DNA from: Eledone cirrhosa | Taxonomy: Eukaryota | Assembly: GCA_964016885.1 (NCBI GenBank) | Contig: OZ024746.1 | Coordinates: forward strand, 88,288,001 to 88,352,000 | DNA: 64,000 nucleotides | Direction of reading: 5' to 3' | Part shown: one piece after another, positions 1 to 13,150 of the stretch | Numbering within the stretch: position 1 is the stretch's first letter | Layout: each line of letters begins with the position of its first letter | Notes under the pieces: generated by a model | What the model saw: only the letters and a program-made list of their open reading frames with translations | Told to the model about the DNA's origin: nothing | The model's database searches: none | Translations under genes and position numbers: made by a program

Positions 1-179
1 CTTACGTAAAAAATTACGCTGGCTTTCTCAGCGTTTAAAATGACATTAACACAATACACGAACAGATCAGTTCGAACACTAAGCTTCCGTTTTGCTTCAT
101 TTCCATTTAAAAGCATTTTAAAACAATATTTTTACTTGAAAACAAGTCTATTTAAAGACTACGTAAAACAAGCAAATAT

Positions 180-541
180 TTCAGGCGTGCAGACAGACAG
201 TCGTGCAGAGAGGTGATATAGGCGTGCAGACAGACATAACTGATAATTTGATTACGCTAATGTTTTTCTCTGCGTTGCAGTGTTTACATTTTCGATCTTT
301 GTTAATAAATAACCAGTGCAGTTTTTATCCCCAGCATCCTCTTTTGTTATAACATTCGGGTTATCGTTATGTTTTCTTAACTTCATAAGGCATATTGTTG
401 GTTGAGGGAATATTAATCAAAAACACCACATGCAAGTCTGCACAGTAGATACTACAGTTTTTAAGCCAAAAAAGAAACTTAACATTGTAACTTTAACACA
501 GCTACTGAGCGACCCCGAGCAACGCCGGGCTTTACTGCTAG
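180..541 (+). mobile_element. Non-autonomous Helitron-like 3' end
   Basis: Subterminal hairpin cccgagcaacgccggg (514-529), then ctgCTAG ending at 541 followed by T. (CAGA)n motifs lie upstream. The 5' boundary is uncertain. Confidence 0.55.
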
Positions 542-1419
542 TAGTTAAATATAAACAAAACGAATATTCACAGAAAGCATTTCAAATACGTATAATTGTT
601 TGCCCAAATATTTCGAAATATCAACAATATATTGCAGATTTATTTATTCGGGCATAAATCCATTTTTCTGAATTGTCAGTTACAATTCATGATTGTGTGT
701 ATGTGGTTCCCTTTCTGACGTCAGTATATAAATATATAATTGATGGTACATTTCCAACTGTCCTATAGGTGGATCCAGACCCCATAGGAATACAACCTAT
801 TGAGCCATTTTTACACCACTAGAAGTTTTCCTATGATATTATGCTGGCTCACAGTCATGAGTTCAAATGGAAATATACCCAACATACACAATCAATTCGA
901 TGCAAGAAAAGGGATAATTCCAACTTCCTGTTGTCCAGTGTGAAAGTGCGGTTCCATGATGAAGTCTATAACGTCCCCAGAAGGAAGTGAAGCATTTATT
1001 AACAGAAACACTTTCAATGCCTCGAGAGAGTTCACATGCGATGTTGTGATCTATAAACATCAGGCACATTATGCAAATACTAATACAAAGTCCACCTTAG
1101 GCAATCATTCAGACAGCCACAGCACATTCACAGTGAATACACAAAGATGACAATGTTATGTTAACCTCAATAAGACCCCATGTTTATATGGCTCTGTTAT
1201 GATCAGAGACACACTCTTACAGATAACACAGACCAACAATTATAACATGCCACAATTGCTCAGAGATTCGTCCTTACGAACGCACAGACACACAGAGTTA
1301 TACATACATATACATATATATCCTCCTAGTTTCGAACGGACTAATAGCTAACACACACATACAGTCACACACGTATACGCACAAGCACGTGTATAGCTCT
1401 ATATTTAAAAAAAGAATGG

Positions 1420-2100
1420 CCTTTTTACTTTTTGAGTGATTCGCCCGATCATCGCCTTTTAAATCAACATTTGATAGAGTTTGTGGCAGGAATGGACTTG
1501 TGTTTCACTTTCAGCCACTTCCCTACTTCTCAAACCTTCTATTTCTATTTTAATTTCTCATTCTATATTTTTACGAAGGACTAGCGTCCGAAATATTAAG
1601 GCCTGCTTCTCCATTACGAGCCCATTATTCGCTTTATCTAGTCATACCATATTAGCTGAGGACTTCCGAATGACATTTCTGCCCACGCATGTAACACTCG
1701 TTAACATCATGGATCCACCAATTATCACTGAACCGTGTGGCACATCAGGTCAGTCTGAATTCGTTCAAACAGTTATCAGCGATAAGGTCATCCCCTCCAG
1801 TTCTTTCCCTCACCTGATCTCTTCGTTTCCAATGTAACCTCTCAAAGAGCTTCCCAGTATCGCCTTTTCCATGGCTCTTTGCATAGAACATTGCAGGTAG
1901 ACGCGTCAGTTTGAATAAGTATGCACGAGTTGCTTTGCTGAAATCCTATTAAACATGTCGCGTTTCTTGGTTATATCTAGGCTAGGATACACATAAACTT
2001 CCACCTCCTCGATTTCATCACCTCCATCACTTTGATCAGAACACCACATCTATACCAGCCGGCTTAGACTCTCCTAGAAATCAATTTGTGCCCCTTAATC
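1420..2100 (-). mobile_element. Highly degraded LINE RT C-terminal fragment(s)
   Basis: Minus-strand translation has a DGGDEIEEVEVYVYPS stretch resembling the LINE 'IE.V..F.YLG' thumb motif. Many stops. Confidence 0.3.
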
Positions 2101-2273
2101 GGATACGCACAACACATGCCAGGGCAGCAATTCTTCATCAATGGGAAACGAAAGTCTGCCCAGCATGTGACTGCGGACGATCCTGAAAATATTTTAATGC
2201 AAATTGTTCAGGACTGCTGCCTCTGGCGTTTTTTCGGCAACCTTCAGCCCATCGGTAATGCTGCAATGTTATA

Positions 2274-2400
2274 GCCGCGTGGCTGAGTGGTAAGAGAGTT
2301 GGGTTCGCAATTGTGAAGATTTGAGTTCGATTCCTGGAATGGGCGACGCACTATTTTCTTGAGCAACACACTTTATTTCACGCTGCTCCTGCTACATGGA
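2274..2400 (+). mobile_element. tRNA-derived SINE, family 2
   Basis: A box tggctgagtgg, B box gagttcgattcc, and core cttgagcaacacactttatttcacg shared with the copies at 6.5 kb and 31.2 kb. Confidence 0.75.
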
Positions 2401-3306
2401 GTTGCGACCGATAGATAGTATTATCAATTTGAAAGACCAATAGAAACAGTTTCCTCGTTCCAATTTCACGAAAGTTGATTAACTTTACATATATCATTTG
2501 CATGTTTCTGACATAAAATTTCTCGTGGTCATTGAGGTGTACATATTCCATTAGTTATAGTCTCCAAATGTTTACGCGGTTTTAGTGGGAGTTATATAAT
2601 TCAGTCAATTATATGTGATAGAATTTCTACAGCACTTACATTTTCTATAACTAATTAAAAGCAGTAATATCAATATTTAAATGTTGGCCCTCATAACATA
2701 CACATTTTAACACTTCAACAACTGTGAAGACAGGAATAACCGATCACGAACCTAAGTGTGTGATGTGTAATTATTCTCCATATTAAATGTGAGCTTAGAA
2801 TCAATAACTAGCGAAAGTATTAAAACGTTCAATCTGTAGAATAGCTTAACATTTTGGTGATTTTTCCCAGCTTCATGTGGATCAGCCGCATATATATATA
2901 TACTAGTGCTCAGATCTTTTTCAAACAAGTCTTAGCATTAAGTATTCAGAATATACTCTATAAATATATATATATATTAAAGTGGGTATGCAAATCAATA
3001 TGTATATTTTTAAACAAATGATTTGAGGATTTGTGTGGCGCGTCATTTTATAGATAAAACAGAGAATGCCTGTATGTCTGTCTGTCTATCTGTCTAATTA
3101 ATAAAGCTCGAGAACCACCCTTGAGTGTTTTGAGCAAAGAAAATGTCAAATTTTCAATGCCCTACGGATTGCATTAGGCGATTTAGCGATCTCTCTCTAT
3201 AATTCTTAGTCTTTCTCTTTTTAGATAGATACTTAGATATAACGAGGCGCCCTTATAATATATGTCTGTATGCCTCACTGTCTGCATCACGTCATTATGA
3301 CGCGAT

Positions 3307-3373
<67 letters not shown>

Positions 3374-3503
3374 CATATTGTGTGTATATATATATATATT
3401 ATGCCAGAGAATGTCTTCAGTAACCAAGTATCGTCTTCCTGTTTTCCTTCGGTTGCAACGTTTTTCGAAATATTTACATCTACGTTCACAGATTGATATT
3501 TTT

Positions 3504-3554
3504 AGTTTCAGAACATCCCGATAAGGGTGAAAGCAGCGATTCTTTGCTTAAACT
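3504..3554 (+). ncRNA. Degenerate type I hammerhead ribozyme, CAGAAGA family
   Basis: agttt CAGAACA tcccgataagggt GAAA gca-gcgattctt-tgc TT aaact. This copy has an extra G8C change. Confidence 0.55.
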
Positions 3555-3615
3555 TTAATATGTTATTTTAATATAGATATTCATCTACATATATGTTTGC
3601 ATATCTGTTATTTTA

Positions 3616-3676
<61 letters not shown>

Positions 3677-3770
3677 GGAGGTGAGTTTTATTGTAGTACA
3701 ATAAAGCAATGCATATCGGATAAGAAGCACTCTACAGTTTGTGGGACTGGAGTATACATAATATATAAGA

Positions 3771-3946
3771 ACAAAAGATGGTTAAAGGAGTTCCATGTAT
3801 TTTATTATGCGCATTTCAAAAACAAATATCATCATGCAATAATATTTGTGTTTTATCTGATGAAAACACAAATATTATTGCATGATGATATTTGTTTTTG
3901 AAATGCGCATAATAAAATACATGGAACTCCTTTAACCATCTTTTGT
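3771..3946. repeat. Perfect palindrome (84-bp arms, 8-nt spacer)
   Basis: 3771-3854 is the reverse complement of 3863-3946. The spacer is atctgatg. Confidence 0.95.
3851..3917 (+). ncRNA. Minimal type I hammerhead ribozyme
   Basis: Helix I ttttat/ataaaa, CTGATGA at 3857-3863, long helix II, GAAA at 3900-3903, palindromic helix III tgcgca, AUA cleavage triplet. Confidence 0.85.
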
Positions 3947-5182
3947 ATATATATATATATATAATTATATATTTGTGTACATATATTTTGTATACACAAT
4001 AACAAAACAGATATTTGTGTATACACAATAACAAAATATAAACAAACGTATTTATATCACGAGGCTCGGTAAGGATAAATATATATCAAATATATAAGAA
4101 CGCTTGAGCAAATCGCGAGCAGCGCCGGGCCATTCTGCTAGTTTTATATATAATGTTCATGTTATGTACATAAGTAAATATCTACATTTTTTTTTTCAAA
4201 CCAATATCAAACGATGTGCATGTTTTATGTGAGGTAGTTCATAGCCGAAGCACTAAACAATAATTCGTATGTAAGACAACGTCAGAGAGTCTATAACATT
4301 GTAGATTTGCGTTTCTTCAATGGGGGTGGGTTCTGTCATTGAATATAACTAGTAGAAAACATTTATGCCTTAAAGGTCACAATTCTAATGTAATTTACTG
4401 CGTGCACCATGTCCTGCTCTAAAATGCTTAGAGCAGAATGCTACTGTTATGGTGTATTATGTAAATGATTCCATAATACATATATATTCAGGGGCTCTAA
4501 ATCAAAATTAACGTTCACACTACTTACACCTACGCTCACACTACTTACACTTGTGTGTAAACATAGCTAATATTTGAAGAATTCAATTCTATAGTTGCAT
4601 ATTCAACAGTTCGCAAATAACTGCTAAATTATGACATCCATATGTGGTGTAACCATTTGACCCTGCAGACCATTCTGTATTTCGACTGTTTGATCCCGCT
4701 GCTATATATTAAATGATCTAGACAGATTTAATAATTACTTAAGGGCTTAACGATTCGGAGACCTAATATGTTTAATATAAGCTGAATGATGCTCATATAA
4801 ACTAATGTTATTCTTTACGTTCAAATTATGATAACGATCAATTACATCACAATAGAAATTTCACATAAGTGATGTGAACTCTATCCACCATAATACAGTA
4901 AATTATTATATATATGTTTACGATATGAATATATATACTAATGAAGATGGAATGCGGTTTGCCCTTTAATATATCTGACGTTTAACATTTGCTCATATCT
5001 CAATATATGAAGCACATTCGGGACATATTTACATACAATATATTAGTCTCGAATATGTATAATATCCCTCGTATATATTTGTATGTTATCAATAAAACAA
5101 TAAAAAAAAAAATAAAGGTTATTTATTTTAGAATCATAAAAAATGTACATATTAATCAACAATATTGAAATCTTCATATAAT

Positions 5183-5370
5183 AATTGTTTCTACTTTTTG
5201 GCACAAGGCCAGCAATTACCCTATGCATTACTGGTACTTTATTTTATCGACCCTGTAAGGATGAGAGGCAAAGTTAACTTCGGCGGGATTTGAACTCAGA
5301 CCATAAAGGGTCATAACTCTATGCTGCAAAGCAAAGCGTCCGACCCTCTACCGATACTGCCAATCCACCC
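5183..5370 (-). mobile_element. tRNA-derived SINE, family 1, with TSD
   Basis: B box gagttcaaatcc and conserved core ctttgcctctcatccttacagggtcgataaaataaagtaccag. Flanking direct repeat gaaatcttcatataataat at 5167 and 5371. Confidence 0.9.
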
Positions 5371-5744
5371 GAAATCTTCATATAATAATATTACTGAGAT
5401 ATTAAAACTCTCATTATAATTGGCTGTTATAGTCAGAATTGTTGTTTGGTTGCCCTGTGTGAAATCCTATGCCATCTTATCACTAATCTCCAAATATTTT
5501 CCAATTTCTAATTGAAAACGAATTCGTAGCAAAATAATAATATTTACTTCATTGATGCTATAGAATATATCGTGATTTCATTTCGTATGTTGTCATGGTA
5601 ATAACGTAATCAAACAATTTATACCCCTATATTGTGAGTGTAACAAGTAAAAAACCAATCTATGATTTATGAGAAATCAACTTTTTTACTTCCAAATGAA
5701 AGGCCATAACAAATGTCAAATGTGATTGTGTAATTCAAATGTTG

Positions 5745-5778
<34 letters not shown>

Positions 5779-5779
<1 letters not shown>

Positions 5780-5880
5780 GTTGCATTTATCTTGCTTTAT
5801 GTTCATGCGAGTTAACACCAAGTCACAACCAGTGACCTCAAGAGATACCAAGGTGCGCCATGTTCAAGAAAGAAAACCGT
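5779..5880 (-). mobile_element. 3' UTR fragment of the R4/Dong LINE
   Basis: Reverse complement of about 30110-30210. It ends in a (TAA)n tract. Confidence 0.8.
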
Positions 5881-6489
5881 ATAACTCCACAAAAAATATG
5901 CTGATATTGTACGTACTGCTTCGATGAATAGGAGACAGAATGCAGATACAGTTCAAACTGAGCTTCTAACACCTTTCTCTCCGGACAACAACCCATCCCC
6001 TTCTTTAAGTACCACTTCAGAAGGAAGGTGAAGGTGGAGAGAGAGGTGCTGCAGCCCAGTAAATTCGCTGAAAGGTGGATGAATGTGGCGAACATGGCCC
6101 GAGTGATGGGGCCTTCTCTGTATATAAACCTATAGAACATATACGGTAGAGATAAACAGAGATATGCTTAAGAAGGATGTTGAATGGACTAGCATCACAC
6201 CTTGGACTTGAGAGTTGGATCAACAATTGAAAGGGACCCCACTGCATAGTACCAAATGTCCCGTCGTTCTCATCTCGAGTAAGGAGTAGATACTGCAATA
6301 CCCTAAGTTTCAAATTACCTCAGCTGTTTAACAATCTGCCGATGTTCTAAGGGACCAATATGGGGTGGATGTTTGTGTTTTAAAGGGAAACCTGAATAAT
6401 CTGCTCAGTACATATAAGGCCAACATCGAATAAATCGCTCGTTTATCAATGGCCTGCAACAAAAAGCTAGTTATAGGGTGTAGTTTGAT

Positions 6490-6770
6490 TGACATAGTGG
6501 CTAAATCATTGGCTTGCAATCGAAAGGTTGTGAGTTTGATTCTGGAACCGAGTGATGCGCTGTTTCCTTGACCAAGACACTTTATTTCACGTTGCTCCAG
6601 TTTATTCAGCTGCAGAAATGTGTTGCGACATTACTGATGCCAAGCTGTATCGGCCATAGCCTTTCCCTTGGACATCAGGGGGAAGCTGGTATGCATGGGC
6701 GACTGCTGGTCTTTCTCAAACAATCTTGCCCGGACTTATGACTTGGAGGGAAGCTTTCGAAGGGGTCTTT
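6490..6770 (+). mobile_element. tRNA-derived SINE, family 2
   Basis: B box gagtttgattct and core ccttgaccaagacactttatttcacgttgctcc. Confidence 0.75.
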
Positions 6771-7903
6771 GATATATACACATATATATATATATATAGA
6801 TTAGAGCAAACATCACGGACGCTCTATCTCAAAATTATTTTTGAAAAGCATTAGAAATGCGCAACCGGTTAAACGTAAAACCCAAACTGAATACTAACCA
6901 ATACTATTACTAATTCTCACTTATTCCTAATTAAACTATGTTTCACTGTGAACAATTTGTCAGCATTTTCTTTTCCGTCTACCAATATATATATATATAT
7001 ATATATATAGATATAGATATATTTCGTTATCTTTATCACATGTCCCATGTCGTCTATCACCAAACACGCTGGACCTTGCTGTATAAATACTTATAATTTG
7101 TGACATGACCAATACATTTTCAATCAGAATTTGGGAATATCTCATGAATTATTTTCACCAAAGATACTTTATTGATTCTTAAAAAAGGGATTTCATAACT
7201 AGTTATCGCCAATCCACTACAGTAGTTCTTGAGAGGAAATTATATGAATGCTGAAAGAATTATAAAACAAAAATAGTTCAATAACTCAAACTGATTCTAA
7301 TAAATATCAGACGTTTTCTGAAAAACCTGAAATAATAATTTCATGATGAGAATTTGAATCTAGCGTAAGAATTTATTAAATTCCTACCAATAAAAAAGTT
7401 GCAATTTATACCAAGGATATAAATAAACAGAACTGACAAATTTCTGTTTATACAGCAATGTTTACTTTAAATTTTAAGTAGTAAATCAATAATAAATTGA
7501 ATTACTTGCGCCTCCTTTTCAAATTAATTTATATCTATTTATACAATAAACAATAAACAAATTTGAGAGGTAGAAGCCTGCTGATATCTTATTTCAAATG
7601 AACATTGGCTGAATGTATAGTTAAGTGTATGCTTTATTATTAGGGTTGTGTGCGCTTTTATTATTTTACTGGGTCATTCGTATGAATAAGCCCGTGCTGG
7701 GGAAATGCGTATTAAGCGTTTAATATATCGAGTCCAGTAAATTACATTTTAAACAAACGATATAATACATAGCGAAAGACAGACATAAACCAAGAATATC
7801 GGAAATGTATATTTCCTGACGCACAGTCTTCCAGTTAATAACATCGAAAACCACACAGACTCAGAGACATACGCAAACGCACACACACACACACACACGC
7901 ACG

Positions 7904-7982
<79 letters not shown>

Positions 7983-8757
7983 GGGGTAACAAATAATAGT
8001 TAAATGCAGTCCACTTAGGTGAAGTCCAGTTACGGTATTCCAGGTAGTGGATGATATTAACGCTTGGCTTGGTTTGACTCAACAAGGCGTTTTCATAGTG
8101 ATGCTGCGGGTATGCTGTAATTCCTATGTTGTAAACACTTGGCGTAATAATAAATCAGGAAAGAAGGTTTACATGGTTTGCTATACAAAAAAGTTTTTAA
8201 TCACTTAGCTTACATTTGGTTCACTGAACTGGTATGTCTAGAGATCGCTATCCGCTTAATTTTGCGTTACTCGATCGCCAATACAGAATTATAACCAGTC
8301 AGATCTTCGGAGCATGCGAGAATGAAGAAAATACACAGGCAAGAAAAGAATAGAAAATACGGCTACTATATGGAGTAGTTATGGCATTCAATTAGAACAA
8401 TAACAACAATTACAACAATGCTATCAATAAACTATTTAAGGAGACCCTGACATTACTTAGGTGGGGGGTATATAATGTATCTAATGTTACGGCGTGAAAA
8501 CCAGCTGTCATAAGGCAAAAAGTATCGTAGTGTGTATCAATTTTAAATTATAAAGATAAGCTAGTTTTTACAGTCTTTCTCTTCATCTCCAACAGTATAC
8601 ATGAGTGGGACCACTGTCAAAGCTCAATAGTTGTAGAGTTAATACAGAGGTTAACGAATTAATATACGCATATATCTACGCACACACATACACACATACA
8701 CACACACACACATATATATATATATTTATATACACATGTACACCAGGCTCGAGCCTG

Positions 8758-9123
8758 ATGTACATGTGCACTGTCATCTCGGGTAACTCCACCTGGAATT
8801 ACATAGGATCCACCGCGGGTTCTTTTAAGAAAAGATGGTATGTGCACAGGCACTCGATGAAAAACCGTACACTTATGGGTTCCACCACCCTCGCCAGAAA
8901 AATATGGGAATTGAAGGACAGCAACACTAACTACACTATCAACTGGTCGAAGTTGTCGGCTGCTAAAACCTATAGTACAGGGATGTCCTATTGCGGGCTG
9001 TGTGATCTTGAGCTATTGTATATCCTTAGAAATGTTAAAAGGCTACTTAATAATAAGTTAGAAAGATCTATCTTCTGCAGACATAGAATAGCCACTAAAT
9101 TCATAAGATTCAAACCTCCGTGA
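8758..9123 (+). pseudogene. PLE GIY-YIG endonuclease fragment
   Basis: MYMCTV..YIGST..FKKRW..H, STTLARKIWELK, INW, CGLC..E, LLN, CRH motifs. Confidence 0.9.
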
Positions 9124-9443
9124 ATCGAACCAACATAACATAGCTTTAAATTAGGATACCTACTACCCACAGAAATATATTCATTAAGTATACTAGTTCC
9201 TTCACAAGTCTATACCACACAATTGTCTGTAAGTACCTCATCTACCAACAATCTTACTCCTTCTCAGCTGCTACAATCATTTGATCCTAGATCCTAGTTT
9301 TTCTCATTTCACTACTACAATGTTACTTTACCTTCTTTTTGCCATAATTACAATTAGCACGCTTTTCTCTTTGCATGTATGTATATTTTTGTACGAGTGT
9401 ATATTGATGTGTATGTATGTGTCTATGTACACATGCATGTGTA

Positions 9444-9482
<39 letters not shown>

Positions 9483-9872
9483 ATGTGTATGTGTGTGTGT
9501 GTGTGCGTAGATATATGCGTATATTAATTCGTTAACCTCTGTATTAACTCTACAACTATTGAGCTTTGACAGTGGTCCCACTCATGTATACTGTTGGAGA
9601 TGAAGAGAAAGACTGTAAAAACTAGCTTATCTTTATAATTTCAAATTGATACACAGTACGATACTTTTTGCCTTATGACAGCTGGTTTTCACGCCGTAAC
9701 ATTAGATACATTATATACCCCCCACCTAAGTAATGTCAGGGTCTCCTTAAATAGTTTATTGATAGCATTGTTGTAATTGTTGTTATTGTTCTAATTGAAT
9801 GCCATAACTACTCCATATAGTAGCCGTATTTTCTATTCTTTTCTTGCCTGTGTATTTTCTTCATTCTCGCAT

Positions 9873-9978
9873 GCTCCGAAGATCTGACTGGTTATAATTC
9901 TGTATTGGCGATCGAGTAACGCAAAATTAAGCGGATAGCGATCTCTAGACATACCAGTTCAGTGAAACAAATGTAAGC
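9873..9978 (+). ncRNA. Type I hammerhead variant (CCGAAGA core, 81-nt helix II domain)
   Basis: gct CCGAAGA tctgactggt...accagttcagt GAAA caaatg TA agc. The mirror copy at about 8208-8313 has GAAC in place of GAAA. Confidence 0.65.
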
Positions 9979-10033
9979 TAAGTGATTAAAAACTTTTTTG
10001 TATAGCAAACCATGTAAACCTTCTTTCCTGATT

Positions 10034-10064
<31 letters not shown>

Positions 10065-10599
10065 GTACATGTATATATATGTATGTAAGTTTGTGCGAGT
10101 GGGTGGGTACTTGTGTGCGTGGGTTCACAGCCAAATGGATTACGCCTATACTCTGGTTTAGAAGTATGTTTGACAAGTCGCTGTAAAGAACTGTGCTAAA
10201 AACAATCACTTGTCACATCGGAGCATACTCCTAATTTATGGGAGGAAAACATTCACTGAAAGCGCATAGCAAACTAAAGTTGCGCCTATTTGTTGAATAG
10301 TTTATGAGTGTTTATTATTAGAACACACGAAGATTTCTAATGTCAAATCTGAGCCTTCTTTACAATATTCTTCTACTAGAATGATAAATTGCATTTGTTT
10401 GCATCTTTATTCTCTAATGCGTTTGACTATTTTTTAAATGTAATCATTATATTTGTACATTTCCTTGTGCGTCCATTATTAAATGTTTCATCTAATCAAC
10501 GCATTTGTCTGTATGTTGTTAGAGTAACTTTGACTTGGCAATAAACCACATCGGCTGGTTACTATGACAGATAAACCTGGGAGATTGAGATTTCTTCTG

Positions 10600-11253
10600 T
10601 TATCTTCGTCTTATAACATTCTCTACCTCGTTGCTGTCCTGTAATATAATAGAGTAAACAATGAAGCGTCCTTTGGTTTACGCAAATTATATTGGATATT
10701 GCCCAGAACTATAATAACGTTATCAATATTGATCCATCTCCATGACCAAATAAAAATATCCTCGATGTACTGATAATTTCTCGCAATAGTGAATTTGGAA
10801 AATCAATATATATATATTCAAAGACAAATATCGTATAGACTTCATGACTTCCTCATTGAAATATAATGAAAGCTGTATGCCACGATACCTTTAACGGTAA
10901 AATATTCATACACAAATATCCTGTCTGAGTGCACTGATCAAATATGATTAGATTATATCGAATAGGGTCAGATATAGAAACAAAACCTCGGTTCCGGTAC
11001 GGGGCATCTGTGAAAAAATAAAACTGATAGAATATGTCTCTATTATTTCCTATACCCATCTAGTATTTATTCTTTGTGGCGACTTGTTTCCTTCTATTTT
11101 GTGACAAGATAAACCAGACAACTTACCGAAAATAATCTACCCAATGAAAATTGAACATTCTTGGTCGGACGTTTCTCACACTATTTCGCGGAATTTTATT
11201 GTTTTCTTGAAAAATATCATGTGAATGTTATTTGTTTCTACTAGTGACACCGT
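10600..11253 (-). pseudogene. Three exon-like segments of a disrupted host gene
   Basis: AG/GT-bounded segments at 11253-11127 (ttacag...gtaagt), 11007-10889 (ttttttcacag DAPYRNRGF...QCTQTGYLCMNILPLK gtatc) and 10638 onward (DSNEVENVIRRR*). The first has stops and a phase mismatch. Confidence 0.3.
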
Positions 11254-11350
11254 CTGTAAGTTAGTTGAATTACACCGTATAACATATTTTTTCTTCCCCG
11301 GTTCTAAGTGTCATTTTATGGTTTGTTATATCCCATTATTATTAAAAGAA

Positions 11351-12987
11351 CACTATTATTTAATCAGAAGTTTGGGTTTGTGGCCAGGAGTTTGATATTT
11401 CGAAATTTTCATATTTTTTAAGAAAAAACAAATTTTTTTAAAATTTATCAGTACAAATAATTAAATTAACAGAGTATATATTTATTTTATTACACAAGCT
11501 TATCAAAAGCAAGCAAGTAAAAACAAATAAAGCAACTTATACACGTCAGAAATGACTGGAATTCCTGGATTTGCGGTTGTACTCCAGGTCGCATTCCCGC
11601 ACTAGCCCCCATCATAATCCCCCATCATTCTTTCATTGTAGTGGCCCTGGTACCTCCGCTCTATCTCTTTCACATCTTGATGGAATCGTTCGCCTTGTTC
11701 TTCTGAGTAGGCGCCCATATTGTCCTTAAATTTTTCCAGGTGAGCGTCCAGCATATGGAGTTTAAGGGACATCCTGCATCCCATGGCGCCAAAAGCCTTT
11801 ATCAGATCCTGCACCAGTTGCTGGTAGTTTTCAGCTCTGTAGTTGCCCAGGAAGCCCTTAACTGCTGCCTTGAAACAGTTCCATGTTGTTATATCAATCC
11901 TATTGAGCTTATTGTAGAACTCGGGAGACTAAAACACCTTCTTTATCTGAGGTCCAACAAAAATTCCATCTTTCATTTTGGCCTCAGATAACTTAAGGAA
12001 GAACTCAAGAGGTACTTAAAAGCGGCTGATTCTTGGTTGAGAGCCTTCAGAAACTGCTTTATCAACCCCAACTTAAAACGTAGTTGAGGCATGCGCACAA
12101 TCCTGGGATCAACCAGTGGCCCCCACATGACTTTCCGGATCCCAACTACAAATTATGTTCGCTGCTCCCAGTTCTTTCTGTTGTAGTGGTCAGAGGTGAC
12201 TCTGCTGTCCCAAAGGCAGAGGAAGCATTGGAATTTGATAAAGCCTCCTTGGAGTCCAAGCAGGAAAGCCACCATCTTGAAGTCTCCAATGATTTCCCAA
12301 TTGTACTGGTTGTATTTCAGAACTTCCAAGAGGACTTTCACACTGTAGTAATCTTCCTTCAGGTAGACTGAATGAGCTAGGGGCAGTGTGGGGAACTTGT
12401 TTCCCTTGTGGAGGAGGACAGCCTTCAAAATTGTGGTGGAGCTGTCTATAAATAGCCGCCACACAAATGGCACCCAATAACGTCAAACAGTCAAGGCACG
12501 TCATGGCAGAAGCCGAAGCCATCCCTAAGAGTGTAAAAGCCTGAGAAAGGTTCGTGTCGACTTCTCTGACTTGTCACCTGCACCTCCTCCTTGACCAAGT
12601 TCCACTGCTTCATCCTGAAGACGAATGCTTAAAACACAACTTACCTTTTTTTCAGGATGCGAAAATCCAGTATCAATAAATCTCTATAATCCACCTTTTA
12701 ACAATGTTATACAATATTGCACTTTTATAATTTTCTTTAGGTATTAGTCTTTATTTTATAATTTTAATTTAACCTGAAACATATATTAAAAAAATAATTT
12801 AACATAAGAAAATTAAACTTACATACAACGTACAATCCAGCATACAAATAATTATAGTGAATAGCTTAGAATGTTACAAACCCCAACTTTTAACTGTTTA
12901 ATAGCACTTTTTTATTTATTTGGAACATAAAAAAAAAGTGATTACAAGCCAGGGACAGAGAAAACAAAATTTCTTTGATACACAGTG
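11351..12987 (-). mobile_element. Chapaev-type (CMC) DNA transposon relic with frameshifted transposase
   Basis: Motifs WRLFIDSS..LKAVLLH.GN, GDFKMVAFLLGLQGGF.K..CFLCLWDSR and MSLKLHMLDAHL...EEQGERFHQD. Termini CAC...GTG (cacagtg at 12981-12987). The left end is tentative. Confidence 0.75.
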
Positions 12988-13150
12988 TTACTAATGAGAA
13001 TAAATGTGAATCTACAGCAATGAAATGGCGTGTAAGCAATTAAGTCAGCCAGCTGCCATTTTGTATTTTGTTGACTATATAAAATTAAAATTCTGTAAAT
13101 TCTGTAAATCATTTTATTTGATATGAAATTAATAAACAGTAAACATTAAT

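Larger units (their letters stand above)
3045..4141 (+). mobile_element. Non-autonomous Helitron-like element interrupted by microsatellites and PLE tails
   Basis: 5' tatagataaaa...gtctgtctgtc. 3' gcgagcagcgccgggccattctgCTAG|T, the same terminus type as at 541. Confidence 0.5.
7981..10035 (+). mobile_element. 5'-truncated Penelope-like element with inverted pseudo-LTR
   Basis: GIY-YIG C-terminus flanked by near-identical 530-bp inverted repeats (8151-8680 and 9506-10035). Both ends lie in (TA)n. Confidence 0.9.

Noticed and set aside
740-1150. Coding-looking segment
   Set aside because: Stops interrupt the frames examined and no motif was recognised.
8151-10035. DNA transposon or Polinton with long TIRs
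   Set aside because: The interior is a PLE GIY-YIG fragment, the arms are unequal in extent, and there is no transposase or TSD.
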